DNA of 64,000 nt from an uncultured delta proteobacterium (GCA_963806225.1 CAWDXG010000004.1:4160001-4224000); one strand, 5' to 3'; positions 21,413-37,130 are shown, numbered from the stretch's first letter. Program-made: numbers and translations. The notes: a model not told the origin generated them from the letters alone.

Positions 21413-22460
21413 GGGCGTCCTTCCGCGAAATCGAGAGCTTGTCGAGCGCGGCTTCGTCGAGCTTCACGGGAAAGCGGGCGCGGAGCTTCTTCTCGAGCTT
21501 GGCCTCGGCGTCCCGGATCTTCTGCTGGGCAAGCGCCACACGAATGGTGCGCTCCGCTTCCTTGTAGGTCCGATCACGAGCGGCGGTCTTGCCCGTCATG
21601 CGCACGATGTAGACCTTGCCCTGCAGCTTGACGAGGCCGTCGTACACGTCGCCGACCTTGTCGATCTTGAACACGGCGGCGCGCACAGGATCGGGTACCC
21701 GCGGGTTGTCGCCGCGACCGGTGCCGGGCGGCGAAACGATGCCAAGATCCCCCGCCAGCTCCAGCGGCGCAGTGGCTGCCGGCTGCTTGGGCGCGTCGAG
21801 CGAGTACTTCTGTACCAACTTGCCCCACTCCATGGGGGTCGCCTTCAGCGCCATTTCCAGCACGTGCTTGGCCTCGGGCCCGTCCTTCAACGCGATATGC
21901 GCCACGCGGCGACGCTCGGGCTCGCGGAAATCGGCGCGATGCGAGTCGTAGTACGCGTGCAGCTCCTTGTCGGGAATGTCGGCGGGAGCGGGCATCCCGG
22001 CGCGCACCTCGCGCAGCAGCTCGTTGCGCAGCAGCTGCCGGATCCGTTCCTTCGTCTCGGGCTGCTGGTCCAGACCGCGGCGACGCGCTTCATCCGCCAG
22101 CAGCTGGACCTTGATCATCTCGTCGAGCAGCTGCTTCCTGCGATCCGGCGACTGGTACCTCAGTCGTTCGAACTGGTCCATCTGGTCGAGCGTCGCGGCA
22201 TACTGGCCCAGCGTGATCTCGTGGTCGCCCACTTTCGCCAGCACCTTGCCCGCCAACTCCGGACTGAGCCCGCCCGCTGCGCTCGCGGACGCGGCCGGCC
22301 CCGTCTTCTTCTGCAGAGGCTTGTCATTGCACGCCCCCAGCCCAACCACGGCCAGAGCGACGAGCGCCGCCTGCCACACGGCCCGGATCCGGGGGCCGCG
22401 GCGCTGCGGTCGGAGCGGACGCGGTCCCGTCCTGGGGAGATGGGGCGCGGAGTGCGTCAT
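21375..22460 (-). CDS. PpiC/parvulin-type peptidyl-prolyl isomerase lipoprotein
   Basis: LGAC lipobox, VLAKVGDHEIT, ERRRVAHI, YSLD...GDLG. Confidence 0.85.
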   Translation of the reverse strand: MTHSAPHLPRTGPRPLRPQRRGPRIRAVWQAALVALAVVGLGACNDKPLQKKTGPAASASAAGGLSPELAGKVLAKVGDHEITLGQYAATLDQMDQFERLRYQSPDRRKQLLDEMIKVQLLADEARRRGLDQQPETKERIRQLLRNELLREVRAGMPAPADIPDKELHAYYDSHRADFREPERRRVAHIALKDGPEAKHVLEMALKATPMEWGKLVQKYSLDAPKQPAATAPLELAGDLGIVSPPGTGRGDNPRVPDPVRAAVFKIDKVGDVYDGLVKLQGKVYIVRMTGKTAARDRTYKEAERTIRVALAQQKIRDAEAKLEKKLRARFPVKLDEAALDKLSISRKDAHAAGADGGTPHK

Positions 22461-22549
22461 CGCGGGCGGAATACTACGGCCGGCCGGAGCATGCCAGGAG
22501 GACAGCAAGGCCCATTGCGGCCGAAGGGTCGGGAGGGTAAGCCTCCCGC

Positions 22550-23284
22550 GTGAAAAAAGACGCAGACTCGGGCCTCCACTACGAGCGCGTGGTCATCAAA
22601 CTGAGCGGCGAAGCGCTCTGCGGCAAAGAAGGCGGATCGGGCATCGACACCGCCACACTCAAATCGACCGCGACCGAGCTCGCCGAGGTCCACTCGACAG
22701 GTGTGCAGATCGGCATCGTGGTCGGAGGGGGCAACATCTTCCGCGGTCTGCGCGGCGCCAGCGAAGGCATGGACCGTGCCCAGAGCGATTACATGGGAAT
22801 GCTCGCAACCGTCATCAACTCTCTGGCGCTGCAGGACGCTCTGGAGCGCTCGGGCGTGCCGACCCGGGTGATGACCGCGATCGAGATCCGTCAGGTCGCC
22901 GAGCCGTACATCCGTCGCCGTGCCATGCGGCACCTGGAGCGCGGGCACGTGGTGGTATTCGGCGCCGGCACCGGAAATCCGTACTTTTCGACCGATACAG
23001 CGGCCGCCCTCAGGGCCATGGAGATCCGCGCAGACGGCTTGTTCAAGGCCACCAAGGTCGAGGGCATCTACGACCGCGATCCAGCTCGGGATTCCACCGC
23101 GACCATGCTGCAACGGGTCAGCTATGACCGCTTCCTGGCGGACCACCTGGGCGTGATGGACTCGACAGCAGTGGCGCTCTGTCGGGAAAATGGCATGCCC
23201 ATACGCGTCTTCAAGATGGTCCCCGGCAACATCAAGCGTGTCTGCCTCGGAGAAAACGTGGGCACCACGGTATCGCAGGGCTGA
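22550..23284 (+). CDS. pyrH: UMP kinase
   Basis: [38 protein letters not shown]. Confidence 0.97.
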   Translation: MKKDADSGLHYERVVIKLSGEALCGKEGGSGIDTATLKSTATELAEVHSTGVQIGIVVGGGNIFRGLRGASEGMDRAQSDYMGMLATVINSLALQDALERSGVPTRVMTAIEIRQVAEPYIRRRAMRHLERGHVVVFGAGTGNPYFSTDTAAALRAMEIRADGLFKATKVEGIYDRDPARDSTATMLQRVSYDRFLADHLGVMDSTAVALCRENGMPIRVFKMVPGNIKRVCLGENVGTTVSQG

Positions 23285-23409
23285 GCGCCGCATCGGCACG
23301 CCATCCTGGACCAGCGCTGTCGGCATGACAGTCGACGGTCTAGTACTTGACCCTTGTCATGGTCGCCCCAACATCTCGATAACCTAGGTGCTAACCTGCC
23401 CGGAGCCGT

Positions 23410-25761
23410 ATGTGGGACTCAATCCCTGACCTCGGAACGGGGATCCTTTATGCGATCCTCGTAGTTGCAGCCTACACTTTTGCGGTCGCTCTGGCCGCTG
23501 GGAAGGGCCGCCCACGACTACTGGAATCCGCTCGTCGCGGCGCCTACGCGACATCGGGTCTGGTCGCCCTGGGCGTGCTGCTTCTTGCGTACGCGTTCGT
23601 CACGCACGACTTCCGGATCCGGTACGTCGCGCACTACAGCGACCGCTCCATGAGCACGGGCTACCTGTTCGCTTCGCTGTGGGGCGGACAGGACGGATCG
23701 ATCCTGTGGTGGTTGTTCCTGATGAGCCTGTACATCGCCGCCTGCGTGCGCTGGCTCAAAGGCCGCTACCGGGAGCTCCAGCCCTACGTGATCGCGACGC
23801 TGATGGTGATCGTCAGCTTCTTCGCGATCCTGATGCTGTTCGCGGCCAACCCGTTCGCGACCAGCGTCGCCGGCGCGCGGGTCGATGGCGAAGGCCTCAA
23901 TCCGCTCCTGCAGAACTACTGGATGATCATCCATCCGCCGGCGCTCTACGCCGGTTTCGTTGGCTGCTCGATCCCGTTCGCCTTCGCCATGGCGGCACTC
24001 GTCACCGGAAGGCTCGACAACGAATGGATCAACGCGGTCCGCAAGTGGATGCTCTTCGCCTGGATCTTCCTCACCATCGGCAACTGCCTGGGCATGGTGT
24101 GGGCCTACGAAGAGCTCGGCTGGGGCGGCTACTGGGCGTGGGACCCGGTGGAGAACGCCGCCTGCCTGCCGTGGTTCGTGGCCAGCGCCTACATCCATTC
24201 GACGATGATCCAGGAACGCCGCAACATGCTCAAGGTGTGGAACGTGGTGCTCATCTGCATCACGTTCTTCCTGACCATCCTCGGCACATTCCTGACGCGA
24301 TCCGGGCTCATCGCCAGCGTGCACGCGTTCGCGCAGAGCAGCATCGGCATCTACTTCGTGTGGTTCATGGGCTTCATCGTCGCCGCCTGCGCCGGCCTCA
24401 TCGTCTGGCGGCTGCCGCTGCTCCGGAACAAGAACCAGGCCAACATCGAAACGGTCGCCAGTCGCGAGGCGATGTTCGTGGTCAACAACTGGGCGCTGCT
24501 CGGTGCCGCCACCTTCATCCTCGGCGCCACGCTCTTCCCCAAGATCAGCCAGTGGCTCTGGCACGAGACGGTCACCGTGGGGCCGCCCTTCTTCAACCGC
24601 TGGATGGCGCCCATCGGCCTGCTGATCTTCGCCCTGATGGGGCTCGCGCCGTTGTTCGGCTGGCGCAAGACCAGCAAGTCCGCCCTGAAGAAGGCCTTCA
24701 TCTTCCCGCTCGCGGCAGCGGTCACTGCCGGGCTGTTGCACATCGCGTTCGGCAAGGCGCTGGCTCTGCCTGCATGGGTACCCAACGATCGCTTCTATCC
24801 CGGCTTCGTCGGCACGGTCCTGCAGCAGCTCGGTTCCATCGCGCCGCTCATCGTGGTCGTGCTAGCGGGCTTCAACGTCGCCGTGATTGTCCAGGAGTTC
24901 TGGCGCGGCATTCGCGCGCGGCGCTCCGCCGCCGCCAAGCGTGAAGAGTCCGAGGGCGTCCTGACAGCTCTCCTCCACCTGGTGGAGAAGAACCGACGGC
25001 GCTACGGCGGCTACATCGTCCACTTCGGCATCGTTCTCCTGTTCCTCGGCTTCACGGGCCGTTCCTGGCGCATCGACAAGGAAACCAGCCTGCTTCCCGG
25101 CCAGAGCACGACGATCGGCGAATACAAGGTGACCTACAAGGGCCCGCGCATGGAGGTCGACGAGACCAAGCGGATGATCTTCGCGGACCTGCAGATCGAG
25201 AAGAACGGGAAGCCCTACGGCATGCTGCACCCGGCCAAGTTCATCTACAAGAAGTCGCACCAGCCGACGACCGAAGTCAGCATGCTGCGCGGCTTCCGTG
25301 ACGACCTGTACACGGTTGTGGGCAACGCGAACCCACAGACGAAACGGACTACGTTCCAGATGCACGTCAATCCGCTCACCGACTGGATCTGGTTCGGCGT
25401 GATGATCATGATCGGCGGCGCGGCCATCTCGCTCTGGCCCGAACTCGGCTACCGGGAGGTGGGCGCCTGGGCGTACGTGCGAGGCGCTGCGGGTGTCGCC
25501 ACCGGCATCATGATCGCGATCATGATCGCGGCACTGCCGTCGAGCGCCTACGCCTCGACCACAAACCGGCAGGTTTCCAGCTCGATCCGCGGGCAGCCCA
25601 GCGTGCTGATGCGGGGGGGCAAGGTTCCAGGTGGGATCTTGTTCGGGTCGGGTCTAGCACCCATGATCGGCGCGATGCTTGGCATCGCGGCCAGCGTCGA
25701 GAGGCGCAAGAGAAAGCCCGCACCAGATGACGACCAGGATGCCGGACGAGACGACGGCTAG
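23410..25761 (+). CDS. ccmF: Cytochrome c biogenesis heme lyase CcmF/NrfE
   Basis: WGGQDGS, LNPLLQ, HPP, WGGYWAWDPVEN (WWD motif), SVHAF; C-terminal extension. Confidence 0.93.
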   Translation: MWDSIPDLGTGILYAILVVAAYTFAVALAAGKGRPRLLESARRGAYATSGLVALGVLLLAYAFVTHDFRIRYVAHYSDRSMSTGYLFASLWGGQDGSILWWLFLMSLYIAACVRWLKGRYRELQPYVIATLMVIVSFFAILMLFAANPFATSVAGARVDGEGLNPLLQNYWMIIHPPALYAGFVGCSIPFAFAMAALVTGRLDNEWINAVRKWMLFAWIFLTIGNCLGMVWAYEELGWGGYWAWDPVENAACLPWFVASAYIHSTMIQERRNMLKVWNVVLICITFFLTILGTFLTRSGLIASVHAFAQSSIGIYFVWFMGFIVAACAGLIVWRLPLLRNKNQANIETVASREAMFVVNNWALLGAATFILGATLFPKISQWLWHETVTVGPPFFNRWMAPIGLLIFALMGLAPLFGWRKTSKSALKKAFIFPLAAAVTAGLLHIAFGKALALPAWVPNDRFYPGFVGTVLQQLGSIAPLIVVVLAGFNVAVIVQEFWRGIRARRSAAAKREESEGVLTALLHLVEKNRRRYGGYIVHFGIVLLFLGFTGRSWRIDKETSLLPGQSTTIGEYKVTYKGPRMEVDETKRMIFADLQIEKNGKPYGMLHPAKFIYKKSHQPTTEVSMLRGFRDDLYTVVGNANPQTKRTTFQMHVNPLTDWIWFGVMIMIGGAAISLWPELGYREVGAWAYVRGAAGVATGIMIAIMIAALPSSAYASTTNRQVSSSIRGQPSVLMRGGKVPGGILFGSGLAPMIGAMLGIAASVERRKRKPAPDDDQDAGRDDG

Positions 25762-26602
25762 CCAGAACGGCAGCGCCATCAACGACAGAATCGAACGCCT
25801 GCTCCAGAGCAGAATTCTGCGCTGGCTCGCGGCGCCCGTCGTTGTGCTCATCGCAATCGTCGTGGGCCAGTATCGCGGCTTGCCGGTCGCAGTGCTGGTG
25901 CTCGCCTGCGGCATGCTCTTGTTGGTCATCTGGCTGCTCTGGAACAGCCTGCAGGGGCTGACGGGCGAAACCCCGATGTCACTCGAGGAAGCGCTGGGAC
26001 TCGGCGCGCCCAGTGCCGAGGAAGAGCAGAAGCGAGCGGTACTGCGCGCGCTCAAGGACCTCGAGTACGAGCGCAGCGTGGGCAAGATCAGCGATGAGGA
26101 CTACACGGCTCTGACCTCGCGCTACCGCACCGAAGCGAAGGTCCTCTTGCGATCGCTCGACGAGAACCTCGCCCCGAACCGCGATCTCGCCGAGAAGCTG
26201 CTCGAACAGAGGCTGGCGGAGGAAACGCCGGGCGGCACGCCGAGCCGGGGACGCGCCGAAAAGAAGAAGAAGAAGAAGAGCAAGGAATCGCGACCGGCTG
26301 ACGAAGAGCCGGAGGCAGCGGACATCCCCGACGAGGAAGAAGAGGCGGAAGCCACGAGCGCCCCCGAGCCCGAGCTGCCTGCCGAAAAACCGGAGGCGGC
26401 GAGTGGCACCCCCGCCGCGCGCAAACCCACACGCCGCTGCGACAAATGCGAGACCCGCAACGACCTCGACGCCCGCTTCTGCAAGGGCTGCGGAGCCGCC
26501 ATGGCAGCGGAGGACCAGGCGCTGTGCAGCTCCTGCCCGGCGCTCTACGACAAGTCACTCGACGCCTGCCCCGACTGCGGCGTTCCCCGGGAGGACGCAT
26601 GA
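25739..26602 (+). CDS. Membrane protein with C-terminal double zinc-ribbon
   Basis: 2 TM, ALKDLEYERSVGKISDEDY segment, four CxxC pairs; start uncertain. Confidence 0.75.
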   Translation: MPDETTASQNGSAINDRIERLLQSRILRWLAAPVVVLIAIVVGQYRGLPVAVLVLACGMLLLVIWLLWNSLQGLTGETPMSLEEALGLGAPSAEEEQKRAVLRALKDLEYERSVGKISDEDYTALTSRYRTEAKVLLRSLDENLAPNRDLAEKLLEQRLAEETPGGTPSRGRAEKKKKKKSKESRPADEEPEAADIPDEEEEAEATSAPEPELPAEKPEAASGTPAARKPTRRCDKCETRNDLDARFCKGCGAAMAAEDQALCSSCPALYDKSLDACPDCGVPREDA

Positions 26603-28062
26603 CACACCACTGGAAGGCCAGGACCGTGCTGTTGGTGTTCATGGCCGCGCTGCCCGCGGCCGCCCAGCAGGCTCCGGCCGCTTCGCCGACGGCTTCTGCC
26701 ATCAACGGCCACCTGGAGAAGAAGCCCGCGCCGGCGCCCGCTGGGTCGGCCGCGCCAAAGACGCCGGCACCCGCAGCGGATGACTCGGCCGACGACGACT
26801 CCGGCTCGACCCAGGACCTGCCCCCCGGTCACCCCAGCATCGCCCCCGGAACCCAGGCGACCAAGGGGTCCGGTTTCCAGCCGCCTCCCGACATCGCCCA
26901 ACCGGACGCACAGGTACCGATAGACACCATCAAGGTGCAGATCCTCGACAAGGACGGCCATCCGGTACCGAACACGAAAGTCAAGCTGGGCATCCTCCAG
27001 CAAAGCATCGCCGAGGGCGAATCGCACGCCGCCAGGTCCGGCACGACCGATCGGGAAGGCCATATCCAGTTCGACGGTCTGGAGGCGGCAAGCGGCATCA
27101 GCTACCGCGTGAGCGTACCGGAGGGCCGCGCCACCTACGCCACCGATCCCTTCGTGCTGAAGAAGACGATGGGGCAGCGCGTGGTGCTGCACGTGTATCC
27201 GTCCACCGACGACATCCGAGCAGCGATGGTGGGCATGCGCGGCTTCGGCTACATCCAGCCGCGCGACGATGCCTACCAGCTCGAGTTCATGTTCCAGATC
27301 TACAACATCGGTCCCATTACCTGGGTGCCGAAGGACGTGCATATCGATCTGCCTCACGGCTGGAAGGCGTTCGTTGCCGACAAGAGCATGAGCGACACGC
27401 GCGTGGTCGCCGACGGAGACTCCGGCATCAAGCTGGAAGGGACGTTCTCACCTGGGCAGCACCAGATCGGCTTCCGCTTCCAGGTGCCCAACGACCACGA
27501 TGCGACCACCAGCTTCAGCATGGGCATGCCCCCGCACATGGCCTCGATGCAGATGGTGGTGGAGAGCGCTCCGGGCATGAGCATGAACATTGCGGGATTC
27601 GGGCCTGCCCAACCGGCAACCAACAACAACGGGCAGCGCGTGCTGGTCGCCGCCCGCCAGCTCCAGCAGGGCGAGCCGCAGATGAACCAGCTGTCGATCA
27701 CACTGGCGGGCGTTCCCACACCGCCCGCGGGTCGCTGGTACGCGGTGGTCATCGCTTTTTCGCTCGGTCTGGTCGGTCTCGGCATTGCGCTGGGTCGGTC
27801 GAAGAACGAGACGAAGCGCGCAGCAGCCGTCGCACAGCGCGATATCGAACAGTCACGGCAGCTACTGCTCGACGAGCTCGTCGCGCTGGAACACGCCAAG
27901 CGACGCGAACAGATAGGTCCCCGCACCTACGAGCGCACGCGCCGCACCCTGCTCGATGCCCTGGCCCGTCTCGAAGCCATGACCATGCGGGGGTCCGACA
28001 AGGCTTCGAAGCGCAAGCCAGGCGGTACGCGGCACAGCGGCCGTGCCGCGGTGGAGCGCTAG
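26599..28062 (+). CDS. Exported Ig/carboxypeptidase-regulatory-like domain protein with TM anchor
   Basis: Signal peptide, LPPGHP motif, TTDREGHIQF beta-sandwich-like segment, TM near C-terminus; ATGA-coupled. Confidence 0.7.
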   Translation: MTHHWKARTVLLVFMAALPAAAQQAPAASPTASAINGHLEKKPAPAPAGSAAPKTPAPAADDSADDDSGSTQDLPPGHPSIAPGTQATKGSGFQPPPDIAQPDAQVPIDTIKVQILDKDGHPVPNTKVKLGILQQSIAEGESHAARSGTTDREGHIQFDGLEAASGISYRVSVPEGRATYATDPFVLKKTMGQRVVLHVYPSTDDIRAAMVGMRGFGYIQPRDDAYQLEFMFQIYNIGPITWVPKDVHIDLPHGWKAFVADKSMSDTRVVADGDSGIKLEGTFSPGQHQIGFRFQVPNDHDATTSFSMGMPPHMASMQMVVESAPGMSMNIAGFGPAQPATNNNGQRVLVAARQLQQGEPQMNQLSITLAGVPTPPAGRWYAVVIAFSLGLVGLGIALGRSKNETKRAAAVAQRDIEQSRQLLLDELVALEHAKRREQIGPRTYERTRRTLLDALARLEAMTMRGSDKASKRKPGGTRHSGRAAVER

Positions 28063-28432
28063 CCGGACGGGTCTACGGATCCAGCGTCACCGGAATAGTG
28101 TCTTCCACAGCCTGGGGACAACCTCGGGAAAAGACTGCGGATGAGATCGGTGTGGCCAGGGGACGAGGCGGCAGGGGGAGAGTTGTACCCAATGCACCTA
28201 CAGTTGCACACCTTCTCGCATCCCCAGGGGGTGAGACCCTATTCAACTGTAGATACAGACACCTAGCGAGTTTTCCACCCCGTCCACAGGCCCTACGTCT
28301 ACGACGATATTTCTTAAATATAGAGGATCTGATCGGAGAGTCCTGGTCCCTGTTCCGGCCTGCTGGCCAGATGATCGCTGAAGCTTCCAGGGCCCCTAGC
28401 GGCGCCCGCCGTCACCGGGTACAGGTCATGCA
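28063..28432. other. oriC: Candidate chromosomal replication origin (oriC)
   Basis: Degenerate DnaA boxes at 28101, 28113, 28136, 28183, 28271 and 28280; then GGCC, CTA/CGA triplets and an AT-rich run (28307-28323); directly upstream of dnaN. Confidence 0.75.
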
Positions 28433-29582
28433 ATGCACGTTGTTGTCAGCAAGAAGGACCTGCTCCGTATCCTGGGCCGCTGCCAGGGCGTTGCAGACAA
28501 GAAGAGCACAATGCCGGTGCTCGGAAACGTGCTGCTCGAGGTCGACGGTCCGGATCAGCTCAAGCTTGCTGCAACCGACCTGCTGCTCGCGGTGAGCGGA
28601 CGAATCCACGCTGACGTCGACAAGGGCGGAGCTATTGCCGTCGGTGCGCGCGATCTGTTCGAACGCGTCCGGATGATGCCCGAAGGGCAGATCAGCATCT
28701 CCACGACGGAAGGTGCGGCGACGACCATCCGCGCACTGGATTCCGCGCGGCGCTACACGTTGCACGGCATACCCGGTGAAGAATTTCCCAGCCTGCCCCA
28801 GCCCGACGAGAACGCCCCGGTGCTGGCTCTCGACGCCGACACGCTTTCGAACCTGATCTCCTCGACGCATTTCTCGATCTCCACGGACGAGACCCGCCTG
28901 CACCTGAACAGTGCGTTGTTCGAGTGGGACGGCGAGCGCGTGCGGATGGTCACGACCGACGGCCACCGGCTCAGCAAGATGGAAGTCCAGGTGCCGGGCA
29001 AGCAGGCGACCGCCACCATGCTGATTCCGCTCAAGGGTGTGCTGGAGCTGAAGCGTCTATGCGACGAGGCTCGCGGCGAGGGCGGCAGGGGCGATGAAGC
29101 TGCTCCGCCCATCAAGATGATCCAGAGCGGCCCCAACGCTTTCTTCCAGCTCGCGGGCTTGTCGTTCAGCGTCAAGCTCGTAGACGCGCAGTTTCCGCCC
29201 TACCAGCAGGTGATACCCGAGACGTTCGGAACGTGCCATCCGGGCGCCACGGCTGGCCCTCGCCGACGCTCTGAAGGCCGTCTCGATCGCTGCCAGTGAT
29301 CGCACGGGCGGCGTCAAGTTGACGCTGGGCTCGGGCAAGATGCGTTTCGAGAGCGAGAGCCCGGAAAGCGGCGAGGGTTTCGACGAGGTGCTCGTCGAAT
29401 ACGATGGGCCCGACGTGACCATCGGCTTCAACGCGCGGTACTTCCTCGATGTCCTCGGAGCGATTGACGACGAGGAAATCATCCTCGGCGTCAGCGGCGA
29501 GCTCGACCCCGCGGTGCTCAGGCCCGGGACGGAGAGCGCGACCTCGAGCTATCTGTCCGTCATCATGCCGATGCGCATCTAG
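28433..29582 (+). CDS. dnaN: DNA polymerase III beta sliding clamp; apparent +1 frameshift at 29225-29226
   Basis: STMPVLGNVL, ATD, EEFP, VTTDGHRL, IGFNARY, VIMPMRI; deleting one T joins 28433..29299 with 29319..29582. Confidence 0.95.
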
Positions 29583-29606
29583 CGCTCGCCGCTTCGGTCG
29601 CGGGCC

Positions 29607-30719
29607 ATGACGACATCCGCCGCCCGTATCGTCTTCGAGCGCGTGGCGGTGCGCGCTTTCCGCAACATCGCGACGCTGGACTTCGAACCCGCGCCGCGAC
29701 TGAACGTGATTGCGGGTGACAACGGGCAGGGCAAGACGAGCCTCCTCGAAGCACTCTACTTCGTAGCGACCAGCCGTAGCTTTCGGGCCGACCGGCTTCG
29801 CGAGCTGGTCCAGGACGGCACCGAGCACGGCGTCGTACGCGCCTGGATCGACGAGGCTGGCCTGCGACGCGAACAGCGCGCCAGTACCGGGCTGCGGAGT
29901 CGGTCCTTCCAGATCGACGGCAAGCGCCCGGCGCGTCTGTCAGCCTACGCCACGCGCACTCCGGTCGTCGTGTTCCACCCTGGTGATCTCGAGCTCGCGA
30001 GCGGATCGGCAGCCATCCGACGGACGTTGCTCGATCGCGTCGCCTTGTTTCTCGATCCTACCAGCGGTGACGATCGGCTTCGCTACACGCGTGCGCTGCG
30101 CGAACGCCAGCGCACTCTCGACGAGCGCGGCACGGCCGCGCCCGAGCTCCACGCCTTCGAGCAGCTGATGGCGGAGCATGGCGCGCGCTTCAGTCGTGCG
30201 CGCGCCCGCGCAGCCGGCGCCATCGCCGACGCGCTCGGCCCCGCATTTTCCCGGATGGCCGCGCCGGACCTACCGCTCGAGATCCACTACCTCCCCGGCG
30301 GCTCCGACGACCCGCAGCTGTTCCAGACCGAGCTCGCACAGCGGCGTCCACAGGATCTGCGCCGACGCAAGGCCAGCTTCGGGCCCCAACGCGACGAACT
30401 GGAGCTCGTTGTCAACGGCCGCTCGGCGCGCCATCACGCTTCCCAGGGTCAGCAGCGGATCCTCGCGCTGGCGCTCAAGATTGCCGAGCTCGATTGCGTG
30501 CGACAGGCAAGGGGCGCCCACCCAGTGCTGCTGCTCGACGACGTTTCCAGCGAGCTGGATCCGACCCGCACCGGTGCGGTGTACGAGTTTCTACGCGAGA
30601 CCCGGAGCCAGGTTTTCGTCACCACGACCCGCCCGGAGCTGTTCACCACGCCGGACGTCGTGGGCGACGAGCGCGCCGACTGGACCATCGCCGGGGGCCA
30701 GCTGGTGGGCCCCGGCTAG
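29607..30719 (+). CDS. recF: DNA replication and repair protein RecF
   Basis: FRN, GDNGQGKTS, GPQRD, SQGQQR, LLLDDVSSELD. Confidence 0.95.
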   Translation: MTTSAARIVFERVAVRAFRNIATLDFEPAPRLNVIAGDNGQGKTSLLEALYFVATSRSFRADRLRELVQDGTEHGVVRAWIDEAGLRREQRASTGLRSRSFQIDGKRPARLSAYATRTPVVVFHPGDLELASGSAAIRRTLLDRVALFLDPTSGDDRLRYTRALRERQRTLDERGTAAPELHAFEQLMAEHGARFSRARARAAGAIADALGPAFSRMAAPDLPLEIHYLPGGSDDPQLFQTELAQRRPQDLRRRKASFGPQRDELELVVNGRSARHHASQGQQRILALALKIAELDCVRQARGAHPVLLLDDVSSELDPTRTGAVYEFLRETRSQVFVTTTRPELFTTPDVVGDERADWTIAGGQLVGPG

Positions 30720-30837
30720 GGGAGCCGAGCCCACCCCGGAAGAGCCCCAATCCACCCCCTGCGAAGGCCCCGGATCGGGGCCCCCTGGAAGACCCCCACG
30801 AAGGGACGAAAACCCTTGTTTTGATGCCGCTTCCGGC

Positions 30838-30866
30838 TTGCCGCAGGCCTCGGGAATGGCTATACC
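30838..30866 (+). promoter_or_regulatory. Putative sigma-70 promoter of gyrB
   Basis: TTGCCG-17 bp-TATACC. Confidence 0.4.
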
Positions 30867-31000
30867 AAACGGGTCTGTTCACGGACCATTCCGCCAGTCG
30901 ATCCGTCGCGTCGAAGGCGGGCCGGGAAGCCCCGGGGACCCAACGTTTCGACGCCTCTTCCGCAGTGCTCCTTCGCGCAGGCGAAGCCACCGCGGGCTAG

Positions 31001-33469
<2,469 letters not shown>

Positions 33470-33615
33470 CGGGCCCAGCTCCGGGCGCAGGCGGGGAGTG
33501 TGGATTCGCTTGCCGGGTGCGCTCGATATGGCAGCGTACAGGCCTGATGGCCGGAAACCGCTTTGTCGGAAATCAAAACCGTGGTTTCATGTCGCGGCTT
33601 TACGAGAGGTGAATC

Positions 33616-34284
33616 ATGCGTTCGAAATTCTTCACAATGGGTCTTGGTGTGCTGGCGATCGCAGCGTGGGGGCTGCCGGCGTGCAGCAGTAGCACCACCG
33701 GCGGCGGCGGCGGCACAGGTGGCGGCACGGCCGGCACGGGTGGCACTGCGGGAACGGGCGGCACGGGCGGCACCGCCGGCACGGCCGGCACTGCGGGAAC
33801 GGGCGGAACGGCCGGCACGGCGGGCACCGGTGGCACCGGCGGCTCCACGATGACCTGCGGTACCGCGACGTGCTCGGGTCTGGCGGTGACCGGGGTCGGA
33901 CAGCTAGCTGCATGCTGCCCGACTGGGACCAAAGACAAGTGCGGGCTCGACCTGTCATCGCTCGGCGGCCAGGGCTGCATCGAGAAGAACCAGGCGGGCG
34001 ATCTGGACAGCGAATGTCCTCCGACGACCATCCAGGGAGTGCTCACGCTGCAGGGGTGCTGCAAACCCGACACGAATACCTGCGGCAATCTCCTGAACGA
34101 CCTCGGCCCCATTAGCGTCGGGCTGGGTTGCGTCGATCCGAGCTCCGTGGGCTTCACGCCCGAGGGCGGCGTGAAGAGCTGCACGCCGGGCGGCGGCGGC
34201 ACCGGCGGTACGGGCGGTACGGGTGGGACCGACGCGGGCACCGGCGGTACCGCCGGCGCGCCGAGCGACGCGGGCACCGACTGA
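33616..34284 (+). CDS. Gly/Thr-rich, Cys-rich lipoprotein
   Basis: LPAC lipobox, GGT repeats, Cys-rich core; GAGGTG RBS. Confidence 0.8.
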   Translation: MRSKFFTMGLGVLAIAAWGLPACSSSTTGGGGGTGGGTAGTGGTAGTGGTGGTAGTAGTAGTGGTAGTAGTGGTGGSTMTCGTATCSGLAVTGVGQLAACCPTGTKDKCGLDLSSLGGQGCIEKNQAGDLDSECPPTTIQGVLTLQGCCKPDTNTCGNLLNDLGPISVGLGCVDPSSVGFTPEGGVKSCTPGGGGTGGTGGTGGTDAGTGGTAGAPSDAGTD

Positions 34285-34305
34285 CGAGCACGCGCTCCGT
34301 TCGTC

Positions 34306-34346
34306 ACAGGCCGTGGCAGCTCTGCTGTCACGGCCTGTCTCGTTTT
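34306..34346 (+). terminator. Intrinsic terminator-like hairpin
   Basis: ACAGGCCGTGGCAGC-TCT-GCTGTCACGGCCTGT followed by CTCGTTTT. Confidence 0.55.
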
Positions 34347-34469
34347 GTGCCTACCGCCGGTCAGTGAAGCGCCACGTTGCGAGGCAATCTGGGCCACTGC
34401 CCCTTGATCCGCGCACGCCCGGACTTAACTTATCGAAAGCACGAAACGTGCCACGACGGAGAGCCCCTC

Positions 34470-37130
<2,661 letters not shown>

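Noticed and set aside
29220..29300. Programmed frameshift or split dnaN
   Set aside because: No slippery heptamer is visible, and the same single-T signature occurs in two unrelated genes; sequencing error is more parsimonious.
34350..34469. CIRCE or sigma-32 element upstream of clpB
   Set aside because: No TTAGCACTC-N9-GAGTGCTAA; CTTGAT is present but has no convincing CCCCAT partner.
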